A stretch of 64,000 nt of DNA, taken from positions 24,043,913 through 24,107,912 of the forward strand of contig NC_068987.1 of assembly GCF_001194135.2 (NCBI RefSeq), read 5' to 3'. The notes under the pieces were generated by a model, which saw nothing but the letters and a program-made list of their open reading frames with translations, made no database searches and was not told the origin of the DNA. A program made the translations under genes and the position numbers. This stretch comes from Octopus bimaculoides. Taxonomy: Eukaryota. Every line of letters starts with the position of its first letter. The stretch's first letter is position 1. Below, in pieces: positions 1 to 11,519 of this stretch.

Positions 1-2
1 TG

Positions 3-899
3 TATGTGATGCGTGGGAAGTGGGATCAGTTTTTGTATTGTCTTTTGGTTTAACTGTTTCTTTAGTTCTTGTTGTTGTAGGTGTTTTTCCGGATGCTGTT
101 TTATGTTCGTTTGTTGGTGTTGTTGGGTGTGTCTCATTGCTTGTTTTCTGTGTTGATGGTGGTGTGGGTAGTAAAGGTTCCTTTTTCCTTGTGGTTGTTG
201 TTCTTGCTCTTGTTGATTTTTCTTTGTTGTTGGGCAGTTAGTTCGGAGGTGCCCTTCTCTGCCACACAGGTAGCAGTGAGGCCTCCTGCCTTCTACCACT
301 AGATAGAGAATATGGCCATCTGGCATATCAATATGGTGTGGGATGTTGCTTACTTGACTCTCATTGATTTGGAGCAATACTTCGATCCTTTTTCCGGACC
401 ATTTTAGTTCCTGGTAAGTGGCATACTCGAGGATGTTGAAGTCCTCTTCCATACGGTAACAAATGTCGGATAAAAGCCATTGTGCCTCTATTTCAGGAGG
501 GATATTCCTTATTGAAACTTTGGTCATACGTTGCCCAAGGTAGGTCGGAATTAGTATTAGTTTGTCCGACTGTAGTGTGAGTGTCGACAGCTCTTTGGCT
601 TTTACTTCGATGTCAAAGCGAACTTGGATTGTGGCATATTTATGCCACCAGTTTACATATCTTTGGAAATCCCAAATCGGGCGTAAACAAATTTCAATAA
701 GTTCTTGGGGTGCTTGCTCTGGTCTGCGCGTTTTGGCATTTAAGATTTTGTATATTATTGTTCTCTTTTGTGTGTTCTCTATGGTGTTTTGTGGTATGTT
801 TAGTTGTAGGCCTGAACCCTTTTCTGTTAAGAGGGCTTTGGTCTGCTTGATCTGCTCCGGTGTGAAATGTAGAAGTGTTTTTCTTTGCTTCAATGCTTC
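3..899 (-). mobile_element. Non-LTR retrotransposon (LINE) ORF1/gag-like fragment with CCHC zinc knuckle; reading frame open from the N-gap to the window edge
   Basis: Manual minus-strand translation has no stop over ~299 codons: ...TKVSIRNIPPEIEAQWLL...IPHHIDMPDGHILYLVVEGRRPHCYLCGREGHLRTNCP followed by a Gln/His-rich tail. The CX2CX4HX4C knuckle is at 234-275. It is absent from the ORF track because no stop occurs inside the window. Confidence 0.8.
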
Positions 900-901
900 T
901 G

Positions 902-1416
902 NNNNNNNNNNNNNNNNNNNNNNNNNNNNNNNNNNNNNNNNNNNNNNNNNNNNNNNNNNNNNNNNNNNNNNNNNNNNNNNNNNNNNNNNNNNNNNNNNNN
1001 NNNNNNNNNNNNNNNNNNNNNNNNNNNNNNNNNNNNNNNNNNNNNNNNNNNNNNNNNNNNNNNNNNNNNNNNNNNNNNNNNNNNNNNNNNNNNNNNNNNN
1101 NNNNNNNNNNNNNNNNNNNNNNNNNNNNNNNNNNNNNNNNNNNNNNNNNNNNNNNNNNNNNNNNNNNNNNNNNNNNNNNNNNNNNNNNNNNNNNNNNNNN
1201 NNNNNNNNNNNNNNNNNNNNNNNNNNNNNNNNNNNNNNNNNNNNNNNNNNNNNNNNNNNNNNNNNNNNNNNNNNNNNNNNNNNNNNNNNNNNNNNNNNNN
1301 NNNNNNNNNNNNNNNNNNNNNNNNNNNNNNNNNNNNNNNNNNNNNNNNNNNNNNNNNNNNNNNNNNNNNNNNNNNNNNNNNNNNNNNNNNNNNNNNNNNN
1401 NNNNNNNNNNNNNNNN
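902..1416. other. Assembly gap (N run)
   Basis: Run of N. Confidence 1.
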
Positions 1417-1750
1417 GTGGGGAAGGCAGGGTAGGAAAGGTTATTGCATACGAGTGGCCAAACAGACCGGCGTTCGTCACATGGCTTGGAATCGCCATTC
1501 TCAAAATAAAATGGCTAAGAAAGCCGAAAATAAATTTAACAAAAATGGGGAATTCGCCACACAGGGCAGATTTCCCGTGCAAACAAGTTGCACAACTGAC
1601 TATGTCAGTTGTTGCACAGCTTTTGTACATAAAATATTACTGAGAAACAAACTTTTTAGAAGCAAAAAAGGCAAAACTTACGGAGCCGATGTGTCTACCG
1701 TCCGTCCATGATAGAGATAGATAGATAGATATTATGATGATAATATATGT

Positions 1751-1920
1751 AATGGACTTCTTTCAGTCTCTGTCTACTGAATCCACTCACAAGGTTTTGG
1801 TTGGCCAGGGGCTATTATAGAAGATACTTGCCCAAGGTGTCACTGTATGATACAATGGGACATTGATCTTGAAACTACATGGTTGGGAAGCATACTTCTT
1901 AACCACAGTCACACCTGTGC
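1751..1920 (-). mobile_element. tRNA-derived SINE, degenerate copy
   Basis: Reverse complement matches the family at 38772, 49682 and 50580 (gcacaggtgtgactgtggttaagaag...ccttgggcaagtatcttcta...ccttgtgagtggattcagtagac...aactgaaagaag). Confidence 0.75.
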
Positions 1921-2483
1921 TTAGTTATGCTTGTGTCATATAATGATGACATATTTTCAACTCAATGGCTTCTCTTTTAGTATTGTCTTCATCTTTAATG
2001 GAATGTTTGTCTCAATATATTATAGAACTGTATTTCAAAGAATTTTGTAGCCCTATATTCACTGTAGTTATAGACATCATTTGCCATGTACAATACACTG
2101 TTTCAAGAGGTTGTAAGGAGCCTTATAAAATGTGATACCAGTCAAATGAAAAGAACTATTGTTTTCATTGTCAAATTATGGTACACTTAATTGATCCAGT
2201 ATTGTGTGACCAATGCTAATAACATTGAATATTAGATTCAAATGTAGTTTTAAAATGTATTATAGTTAAGATATATCTCAGCAGCAGACATCTTAGAAGC
2301 TTGGTGTCATCTATTTAAACAGAAGCTCTGATCTTTATCAAATTTCAGAAATCTGTGTATTTGCTATGATCCACATTCAGTGATCCTAGATTCTCAAAGT
2401 CGTGAGTAATTCTTCATAGATAAACTGATGTTAAATAAAGTAATAGAATATTTGTGATATTTGTATGTAAAAACTAGTATGTA

Positions 2484-3125
2484 CATGGTCTGATCAATAA
2501 GTATCCAGACTGTTGCCAAAGTAACAAAGCTAAAGCATGCAGAGTGAGACCACTTGGCAAAGATTGACCTTGAACTCTACTGTTCATGCGTACTAAGTTT
2601 TAACATTCTAGCTGACTTCCGTTGTTTACAGCAGTTCTTGGAAGGAAGGTGTGTAGTGTGTGATAGTTGCATTGACCATGACAGAGAATGTTGTCATGGC
2701 GATACCTGCTCAGAGGCCTACACAAAGTTGCAGAAAGTGTATGGAGAGGAGTCTATGTTGATATTGACAAACGTTCTGGGAGACCTGCAACCAGCAGAAC
2801 TGAGAAAAACACCACTGATGTGCATTGAATTGCGAGGGGAAATTGTTGAATCACCATACGTGAGTTATCAGAGGATGTGCAGATTAGTTACGGTTCAGTT
2901 CAGTCCATTATCTCTGAAGAGTCAGGTATGAGACACATGTCTGCCAAGTTTGTGCCAAAACTGTTTTCAGCTGACCAAAAAGACACTCTGGTTTCAGTTG
3001 CACAAGATCTTGATTGTGTTGAGAACAATGGAAACTTTTTGGAAACTTTGTGTAGGCCTCCGAGCAGGTATTGCCAAGCTTTTGACAAAACTTGATACAG
3101 ATTCTCTGCTCAACTTTCTCTGACT
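2484..3125 (+). mobile_element. Mariner transposon remnant with left TIR, deleted transposase and an inverted duplicate of the 5' coding end
   Basis: TA followed by TIR-like catggtctgatcaataagtatccagactg. Transposase pieces read DTCSEAYTKLQKVYGEESM and MSAKFVPKLFSADQK. The inverted copy at 3044-3125 encodes KVEQRICIKFCQKLGNTCSEAYTK. Confidence 0.8.
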
Positions 3126-3389
3126 TATGATTTAATGGTAGTCTAGCAATGAACATCCTGTCTTTTTGTGCATTAAAGACTACATTGTCTAATGTATCCA
3201 TCCTTCTTTTTTAAAGATGTTGAGGGAGACTTTGCTGATATTTCTAATATGGTGAGCAATTGCATAAAGGATTATGTTGAATGAGGTAGAATTTAAAAAG
3301 TTCATAAAGAAAAACTAAATATAATGTATCATCAGTTATATGTAACACGATATGGCATAGAAGAACATAAAATACAGAAGTGATATCTA

Positions 3390-5005
3390 ATCAATAGGAG
3401 ATGTTTAGCATAGAAGACAACCAGAAGTTCCTTTGGGATAACTTGCTAAGAGCTAGAGACCAAATCTATGGCTGGTGTAAAATCCCAGCTGAACCAACAG
3501 TGACATTGTGAAAAAGTGTGGTTGACAGAGCTATAAAAGCAAAAAGACAAGCCTGGAAGGATTAGAAGGATGGGGGTAGCAGAGAATTATACCAGGTAGC
3601 TGGAAGAGAAGCTAGGAGACAGGTTTACATAGCAAAGGGAGAAGCAGAAAGGAGGTGATTTGCCAATGTTCTCTATAGCATGAGGTTAGAGACATGAGTG
3701 TTCCAAATTGCAAAGCAGAATGTCAGAGGAAATCAAGATGTGGATAGATAATGGTATGCTTGCACTTGGTGGTTCTGAAATGAAAAAGACATGGAAATGC
3801 TACTATGAAAGGCTATTTAACTTAGAAAATGACTGGGAGAAAGAGCCTTCCTTATGTTGATCCAACAGAGGAACCAACTATCTGAGTTGACAGCAGTGTT
3901 AATGATAAGGTTTTTAAGGATATGGAAAAAGGAAAGCCCCCTAGTCCATCAGTTAACCAAATTATACAGGAAGGTGTCTACTGTTACAAGAGTAAAGAAA
4001 TACCATAGATAGAAGTAATTACCAAGGTGTCAAATTGTTGGATCAGGTCATGAAAATTATGTGAGTTATAGCTTAATTAAAAACAGTAGATGAGATGAGA
4101 TACAGTTTGATTTTATGTTACAGAGATGTACTACCAATGCCATCTTCCAAGTAAGACAATTGTAGAAGTAGTTATCAGAAAGTAAGCCTTTGTACTTGGT
4201 ATTCATTGACCTGGAGAAAGCCCAGGCTCTGTGACTCAGTAGTCTCTAAGGAAGATAGGAGTTGACAAATGGCTTGTGAGAGCCTTACAAACCATGTATG
4301 GAGGTGCAATCAGTAAGATAGGAGTTAGGTGTGAGTATAGCTATGAATTTCGGGCACAGGGATCAGTTTTCAGTCCCCTCCTATTCATCATTGCCCTCCA
4401 GGCTACAGCAGAGGAGATTAAGACCAGCTGTGACTTCATTCTCATAGCAAAATTTATTACAGTAGAATAAGAAAAGAAATTCCAGATGTGGAAGCAAAAA
4501 CTGGAAATGAAGAGCCTTAAAGCTAACTTAGCAGAGACCAAAGTTCTAATAAACAGGAAAACAAACAAGACTTCACTCTCCTCAGGTAAATGGTTTTGCT
4601 CAATATGTAGGAAAAGTGTAAGCAGGAATTCCATATGATATGTCCAGTGAAAGCTATGGATGCATAAGTGGTGCAGTGGAACCACAAGAAGGTTAATGGA
4701 GGAAGTAGTGTTTGTATGTGGAAGGTATACAGGAGTCAAAAAGACTAAGAACACACATGGAATAACTTTTCTCAAATGCCCTGAGGGCTCCCTAGAAATA
4801 GCAAATAGCTTCTGTTAACTAGGTGACCTAATTAGTAGCGGGGGAGAGTGTTCTGAAAGTGTAGTTGCTTGAAGAAGAATAGGATGGAGAAAGTTCAGGG
4901 AGCTATTACCTCTGTCGGCTACAAAAGATCTCTTTCAGAATAAAAGGCAGATTATATGGTGCTTGTGTACAACAGTAGTGCTACATAGTAGTGAAACATA
5001 GGCTG
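3390..5005 (+). mobile_element. Degenerate RTE-clade LINE, reverse transcriptase region
   Basis: RT motif QGSVFSPLLFIIALQ (ORF 4276-4470), Cys-rich WFCSICRKSV...KLWMHKWCSG, then LGDLISSGG...GWRKFRELLPL and LHSSET*A. Many stops and frameshifts; the YADD motif is missing. Confidence 0.85.
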
Positions 5006-5125
5006 ATTGTGGATGATAATGATTCTAACTCAGTCATATGCAAAGGTACCTTCTTGTACAATGGTAAACTAAATAAGTAGCAGGTACTTTCCTGTACAAA
5101 CTCATAAACTAAGTTGAAAATATTG

Positions 5126-5245
5126 TTTTCCAACCATGTAATTTTGGATTCAGTCCCACTGCACCTTGAGCAAGTGTATTCTACTATAGCCTGGGACTGA
5201 CCAAAACTTTGTAATGGATTTGATAGAAACTAAAAGAAGCCATCA
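5126..5245 (+). mobile_element. tRNA-derived SINE, partial copy
   Basis: ccaaccatgtaattttggattcagtcccactgcaccttgagcaagtgtattctactatagcc matches the other copies. Confidence 0.65.
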
Positions 5246-5849
5246 TATGTACACCTTTTACCATAAGTGAGAATTATTTTTCTCCATGGTAAAATGCATG
5301 TAAATTGCCTTCAAAAGTTAAAATATGTTACAAATATATTTGAACTAACCTAAAGTTTGTATATTTCTTATCATTGCTTAGTGCTACTACTAATATATTT
5401 GTTCTGACTGGGCATTGGCAAAAATCTTCATTTGGATATAGAAACTAGTAGCAAAGTACACCTAACATTTATCATGCAGCTTAGCCTTTATGTATTCTAT
5501 TACCCACTTCTTTCTACTCCTTACAAACTCATATTTACTTCACTATTCCATCCTCGTCATATACTGCCTATCTGTGGTCCTGCTCTAATTATGGAATTAG
5601 TTCTTGCCTTGCAGCATGTTTTATCAAAATCCAAATCTCTGTTATACTGCAATTCTTTATTAAAAATTTAGATTCCCAATAGATGTTACTAATTATATGA
5701 AAAGCTATTTTCAACTTCTACATCCTCTTTTTTCAAGTTATAGTTCTATTCTCAAATTGATAATTTGGAATATTTATTTTATTTTTGAATTGACGTGTTG
5801 AATGCAATAACCTGCAAACAAAACCATTTCAGTTAAAGAATAAAAAATC

Positions 5850-6000
5850 TTACAGTAAATCACCTTTCTTCCAAACTTATTGCATAAAGAACTGATATAG
5901 ACTATTGCAGCTTAAATTCACAAAGACAAAAGTAATTGAGTCATAATACACAACTGTCAACTGTTTGTAACATCAAAATAGTAACAAATGTGTGTAATCA
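5850..6000 (-). promoter_or_regulatory. Conserved 3' flank / putative 3'UTR block of the ZNF genes
   Basis: acagtaaatcacc.ttcttccaa and (g)acaaatgt(c/g)tgt(g)taa recur downstream of ZNF1, 2, 5, 6, 7 and 8 (second motif near 5985, 15682, 34792, 44761, 52934, 61969). Confidence 0.55.
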
Positions 6001-6275
6001 GATCAGATATTTATGTTAATCCAAAGTGAATTAATAAAGAGGTTTATGAATTTATGTAAAGTTTAACTATACATATTATAACTTCTTTTATTTACACTGA
6101 TTTTCTACAAAAGAAATGGCCCCATTGAGACAAGTAAGTCCATATTTGTCTGCATTGTAGAAGGTTCAAGTTCAACATTATATCATTATTGCATAGTACT
6201 AACTGCCACATAGGAATCCATTGTGGTTTCCTGAAATAATAATTGGTATAATTTATTCAAAGTAATTCTATTTTT

Positions 6276-7514
6276 TCATGTCTTGTCTTTCATGTGATTT
6301 TGTCTATGACTACTCAAACTACAATTCTTAGGGAATGTTTCTCCACATATATCACAATGATATGATTTTTCACCTGTGTGAACACGTCGATGTCGAGTTA
6401 AATGTTGATTATCAGAGAAGGTTTTACCACAAATATCACAATAATATGGTTTTTCACCTGTGTGAACACGTACATGTAGTGTCAAATGACTGCTCTGGGA
6501 GAACGTTTTGCCACAGATATCACAGTGGTATGGTTTTTCACCTGTGTGAACACGTACATGTAGTGTCAGGTGACTACTTTGAGTGAATGTTTTACCACAG
6601 ATATCACAGTGGTATGGTTTTTCACCAGTGTGAATGCGCTTATGTTTAGATAATTTACTACTGTCAGAAAATGTTTTCCCACAGATATCACAGTGGAATG
6701 GTTTCTCTCCTGTGTGAATTCGTTTATGACTTGTCAGAGTACCATTCTCAGAGAAGGTTTTCCCACAAATATCACAGTGGTATGGTTTCTCTCCTGTGTG
6801 AATTCGTTTATGAGTAGTCAGAGTACCATTTTCAGAAAATGCTTTCCCACAGACATCACAATGGTATGGTTTTTCACCAGTGTGAACATATTTATGACTA
6901 CTCAAATAAGAATTTCGGGAGAATGTTTTTGCGCAAATACCACACTGATATGGTTTCTCTCCTGTGTGAATACGTTTATGAATAGTTAAACTATTACTAT
7001 GGGAGAATGTTTTGCTGCAAATATCACAGTGATATGGTTTCTCACCTGAGTGAATATATTTGTGTCTGGTCAAATGACCATACTGAGTGAATGTTTTGCC
7101 ACAAATATCACAGTGATATGGCTTTTCACCAGTATGAATACGTCTATGATTAGTTAAAGTACTACTTTCAGAGAAATTTCTACCACAGATATCACAATGA
7201 TGTGGTCTCTCACCTGTGTGACTGTATCTATGACTAGTTAAATAATACTTTCGAGAGAATGTTTTATTACAAATATCACAATGAAATGGTTTCTCACCAG
7301 TGTGAATATATTTGTGAACAGTTAAACTACTATTATAAGAAAATGATTTACCACAGATATTACAGTGGTATGGTTTCTCAGCAGAATGAACAGCTTGGTG
7401 TCGTGTTAAATGACTATATTTAAAGAATGTTTTACCACAGGTTACACATTGATAAATTTTCTCATCTATGTGAATATATTTATGAATAGGTAAAGAATTG
7501 CTTTTAGCAATCAT
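6276..7514 (-). CDS. C2H2 zinc-finger protein ZNF1, 14 tandem fingers, 412 aa
   Basis: 14 CX2CX12HX3H fingers with TGEKP linkers in one uninterrupted ORF. The start is a downstream ATG; the ancestral leader upstream is broken. Confidence 0.93.
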   Translation of the reverse strand: MIAKSNSLPIHKYIHIDEKIYQCVTCGKTFFKYSHLTRHQAVHSAEKPYHCNICGKSFSYNSSLTVHKYIHTGEKPFHCDICNKTFSRKYYLTSHRYSHTGERPHHCDICGRNFSESSTLTNHRRIHTGEKPYHCDICGKTFTQYGHLTRHKYIHSGEKPYHCDICSKTFSHSNSLTIHKRIHTGEKPYQCGICAKTFSRNSYLSSHKYVHTGEKPYHCDVCGKAFSENGTLTTHKRIHTGEKPYHCDICGKTFSENGTLTSHKRIHTGEKPFHCDICGKTFSDSSKLSKHKRIHTGEKPYHCDICGKTFTQSSHLTLHVRVHTGEKPYHCDICGKTFSQSSHLTLHVRVHTGEKPYYCDICGKTFSDNQHLTRHRRVHTGEKSYHCDICGETFPKNCSLSSHRQNHMKDKT

Positions 7515-7713
7515 TTTACCATAAGTCTCACAATGTTTAAGATTTTGAGCTTGTATGAATTAACTTTTGTTTAAGTATATTATTAGACTGTGTGAATACC
7601 TTCCTACAGGCATTGGAGTGTTGAGATTTTTTTTGTATTTACACATGAGATACAACACTAGATTCAGACTGCATTTGATAGTGAACCTTTCTTTCACACA
7701 ATTTCTCCTCCAT
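7515..7713 (-). pseudogene. Disrupted ancestral N-terminal leader of ZNF1 (MEEKLCE..., now a 24-codon uORF)
   Basis: ATG at 7713 reads MEEKLCERKVHYQMQSESSVVSHV then TAA (7639-7641). The frame continues IQKKSQHSNACRKVFTQSNNILKQKLIHTSSK, then a +1 frameshift precedes LKHCETYGKMIAK. It aligns with the N-termini of ZNF2, 4 and 5. Confidence 0.85.
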
Positions 7714-8156
7714 AAGTTTCCTCCTTCTTTTATAGTAAATATTTCCTTTTTGTAAATTTAGTTAAATTTCAGATGTCTCATGAAGAAGAATATATATATT
7801 ATATGAAACTTTCAATAAATACTGAAGATTACAATATATATACTCTAGGTGTAAAAAGTGATGTTTCACAAAGTCTGTAGATGTCTTGGTCATAAAGAAG
7901 CAGTTTCAAGATACTTTATTAGGACAATTTTTTTTTTCTTTTTCCTTCAATCTTGGAATTAAAAACAAGCAAGTAAACTGACTCTAGCTTTGAAGAGACA
8001 CTCAGATATGAAAGACATTACATGTAAACCAAGACAGATATGTTATCAAGTTTATGCTGCAATCCCTTTATAACTATAATTTAAATTTCACAGAAACCTA
8101 ATCAAGGTTATAAAGAACAGTTAATTGGGTTCCTTGATAATGTCTGTCTTCAATTT

Positions 8157-8237
8157 TCAAAATCTGACGTATTTCTTGATATATTTTGAATCAGCAATTA
8201 CCATTTCAATATCACCACAAACTCTGAAATAAAGAAC
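8157..8237 (-). promoter_or_regulatory. Putative splice acceptor (ttctttatttcag) and 15-codon uORF at the start of the ZNF1 terminal exon
   Basis: Polypyrimidine tract plus AG at 8225-8224; uORF MVIADSKYIKKYVRF* at 8204-8157. A homologous acceptor precedes all eight genes. Confidence 0.65.
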
Positions 8238-8628
8238 ATAAACTAGAAAGGATACTGAAAAGTGAACATGAAGGCTATTAAGCAGGGGAGACTTCAACAG
8301 AGACATGAGATGACAGAATAATAATAAAAAGGCTCAGAAAACATCTACATAAGAAAGAGACAATAGAATGGATATGTAGCATAAATGGATGATGTGGTGT
8401 GTGGATGGGGACATTAGAAATGAGTTAATAATAAGCTACATACAGATGTCAAAAGAATAGCATAATTAAGGATCATAAACATATAACAATATAAGGCTGG
8501 GAAGCTTAGACAAGAATAAGGTCATTGAAATTCCAGTTATAATTACTTCTGATAACAGATCTTTAGTAACAGCTTGATATCAATGTTGAGGTATCAGTAT
8601 ATATGTATAGATGTGTGTGTGTGTGTGT

Positions 8629-9050
8629 ACTAAGAAGTTTCCTTCCTAACCACATAGTTCTGGTTCAGTCACATGGCATGGTACCATGGATAAGCATCTT
8701 CTACTATAGTCCCAGGCTGACAAAAGTCTTGGGAGTGCATTTGGTAGTCAGAAACTGAAAGAAGCTCATCATATGTTTATTTATATATGTGTATGTGTGT
8801 GTGCATGTGTTACTGTCTCCTTCTTTTGATATTGCATAAAAGTTGTAAATGAGTGTTACTGTCATGCAAGCAGCACTCTTTATTTTCCATATTCCATCAA
8901 AACATGTCTGGTGATGGGGAAATATTATCTCACTTGAAAACAGGTAAGGGTTGGTGACAGGAAGGACAGCTGGCCATACAAAACCTGCCTCAACAAATTT
9001 CGAGTAACCCATGTAAGCAAAGAAAAAATGGATATTAAAATGGTGAGATG
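8629..9050 (+). mobile_element. Composite SINE: tRNA-like head, (TG)n, then RTE-like tail
   Basis: Same head-microsatellite-tail order as 49682-50045 and 50580-51002. The tail contains ggaaa.cagg.gagggttggtgacaggaaggg. Confidence 0.65.
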
Positions 9051-10214
9051 ACATATACATATATTTTTACACACACACATATATATGTATGTATATACAT
9101 GTAGGCATGTTATACACACACACCTGTGTCATTATGACTTTTATATCCACATTCCATGCTGGTATAGGATGAATGAGTCATCACCTTCCAAATCAGTTCT
9201 TATTTGGAGTTACTGCCCTCACAGATGGGTCAGGAGATTATGTCTCACTTGTACATTCCATTTTTGACATGGCTTCTATGGCTGTATGTTGCTATTCCTA
9301 ACACTAACCACTTTGCTGAGTGTATTGGAATTATTTTATCAAAGCACCAACTCAAGGGAGGTTGTGATGCCCTCATCCAGATTAAAGAGTTTTCTCAACC
9401 CTGAATTGTCTCTACCCTTTTGTCATCCACTTTACAGAATGTACTAGCATATTTTACCATAGTACAAGCCTTGATGAGGTTGCAACGTACAAGGCTAAAG
9501 AGTCCTCACTACCCAACAATGTTTCTGCTCACTCAAGGTAATATGATCAAGAGGGTAAATAGGACAGAGGAAGAACAATGGTGAATGAAAGAAGAGAGCA
9601 AGAATACATAAAAGGAAACAGAATATGAGGAAATAATGGAAGAAAGAGAATGATGGCAGCTACATGTTTGCTTGTGTGAGACAAAATAAGAGACAAAATA
9701 AGAGACAAAGATATAGAGAAAGAGAGACTGAGTGGTTGAAAGTAATAGAGATGGGTGGTGGTAAGAGAAAATGATGAATAGTAAGAGAAAGTGGTATAGT
9801 GAGGAAGTAGTAATAACTAATGACAAAAAATGATGGTAGTAAGTATTGGTTATGATCTAACATAATCCTTTACAAATAAGTATGTTGAAAAGAGAGAGAG
9901 AGAGAGAGAGAGGTTGAATGATAAGGATGGAGAGAGGTTTTGAATCTGCTTGTTATCCAGACAGCCTGGCACTGTGAATGGAAAAGATGCTCAGTGTCAG
10001 AGAAATTAGATGGTTGGATAGAACCATTGCTATCTTTAGTCATACTTGCTGCATAGTACAATGAATAGAAGGAAAGAGTGAATGATAGAGTTGAGAGAAT
10101 AAAAAAGTGATGGGACACATTAGGCAAGAGAACAAAAATCTAGGTATATTATCTCTCCCAATTTCCTTCATTCATTCCATTTTAATACTTGCTCTGCCTT
10201 GCCTTTATGGGTAT

Positions 10215-10700
10215 TCCCCAGCACCAAATCTTGCAACACAGTTTCTTCTTATATCCATCAAGAGGCTGAACATATTGAGGTCAGTTTTCACCACTTCATC
10301 TCATATCTTCTTAGGTCATTCTCGTCCACAAGTTCAATTCGCTAAGAGTGCTCTGCTTTGTACAGCTGCCACCCTCCATATACATCACATGCCTGCCCCA
10401 GAGTAAGCTTTATCGTTGCCTCTTATTCTCAGATTTTCTTTCATACACACTAACATTACACATCTAGAAAATCAAGTTTGCTTCATCTCTTTCTGGCCAT
10501 CTCAAATCGTCTCTATTTAAGAACCACGTCTAGCAATTGTGCAGCATCACAGTTTGTATACAAGTACCATACAATCTACCTTTTACTTTGAAAGGGAAAT
10601 ACCACTTTGTTTACCAGGGGATGTAATAGCTCACTGACCTTTTTCCAATTTGTTTTTACTCAGGTTGTTGCACTTTTGAAACCACCACCTCCATTATATA
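10215..10700 (-). mobile_element. Degenerate RTE LINE, C-terminal part
   Basis: Minus strand reads GGGFKSATT*VKTNWKKVSELL...FKVKGRLYGTC and CGRE*PKKI*DEVVKTDLNMFSL, resembling the end of the RTE ORF. Confidence 0.7.
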
Positions 10701-11387
10701 TTAGGTCACCGAAGTAAAAAAAAAAAAAAAAAACAACTTCTTCTAGGGTGCTATTTGGACATTTGAAAGTCTGTTTCACATGTGTACTTGTGTTTACATG
10801 TATGCTAAATTCGTTGCTGAGCTTATTGCTGACTGTACTTTTGTACATGGCTTGTGAGTCTTACAAGTCATTCATCATTTGCGAGCTTCTTCAACAATCA
10901 GCAAATAACAGTGTGGAACCCTTCGTTAGCAACCACTGGATTACAAAAATTGAACCCAGTTATAGATCTTCTATAATGGAATAAGGAGATACGAGCTGTG
11001 TTTGACAACGAAAGTGAACACAACAATGACAAAATATACGTAGATGAGTGCTAAAGCATCATATGAAGGAAACGTAGATCCAATGGGTCTTTATTTACAT
11101 TTTACATGAATATATAATTCATGAAGAATTCGATGACAAAAGTTAAAAATAAATATATTCAGCAATCTATTATTTAACTAGAAGTTACTGCAGACGTTCT
11201 TTTTATTCCGTGCACCCTACACTGTCCTCCCCCATACACCAGCAGATGTGGTATAAAAAATGATTCGAATACAGAATTGGAATACTTTGTGATGCAAGCT
11301 GGAAACAATACTGCTATCATTACGAGGAATGGGATTGGATCTTTGCTTCATACAGACCAAATTAAGCCTAAACGTAGTCACTTTAAA

Positions 11388-11519
11388 CACTAGCGTAGCT
11401 AGTGTGGGCGGTAGGGGCTGCACTTTTGGGTTCTGCTGTAGGCAATGTGTTTTTTGTGGGGTCCGGGGGCGGCAAACGGAAGCGCCGCCCCGGGCGGCAC
11501 ACACACTAGCAAGCTAGGA
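11388..11519. mobile_element. Short GC-rich MITE-like element with imperfect terminal inverted repeats
   Basis: Left end CACTAGCGTAGCTAGTGTG, right end CACACTAGCAAGCTAGGA. The interior is GC-rich in an AT-rich setting. Confidence 0.55.

Noticed and set aside
562-1711. Long ORFs spanning N runs (also 18863-19774, 31371-31616, 55415-56300)
   Set aside because: Artefacts of translating through assembly gaps.
1417-1711. Sequence after the first gap as the 5' end of the LINE
   Set aside because: No recognisable motif, and continuity across the gap cannot be shown.
6276-7514. 84-bp periodic repeats resembling a CRISPR or satellite array
   Set aside because: The period equals one 28-aa finger inside open reading frames. 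There are no cas genes and the context is eukaryotic.
7639-7641. A-to-I rescue of the ZNF1 leader stop
   Set aside because: TAA would need two edits, and the downstream +1 frameshift would still break the frame.
9530-10130. Ser/Leu/Phe-rich minus-strand ORFs (9533-9826, 9660-9863, 9870-10127)
   Set aside because: Low-complexity purine-rich and (AG)n DNA.
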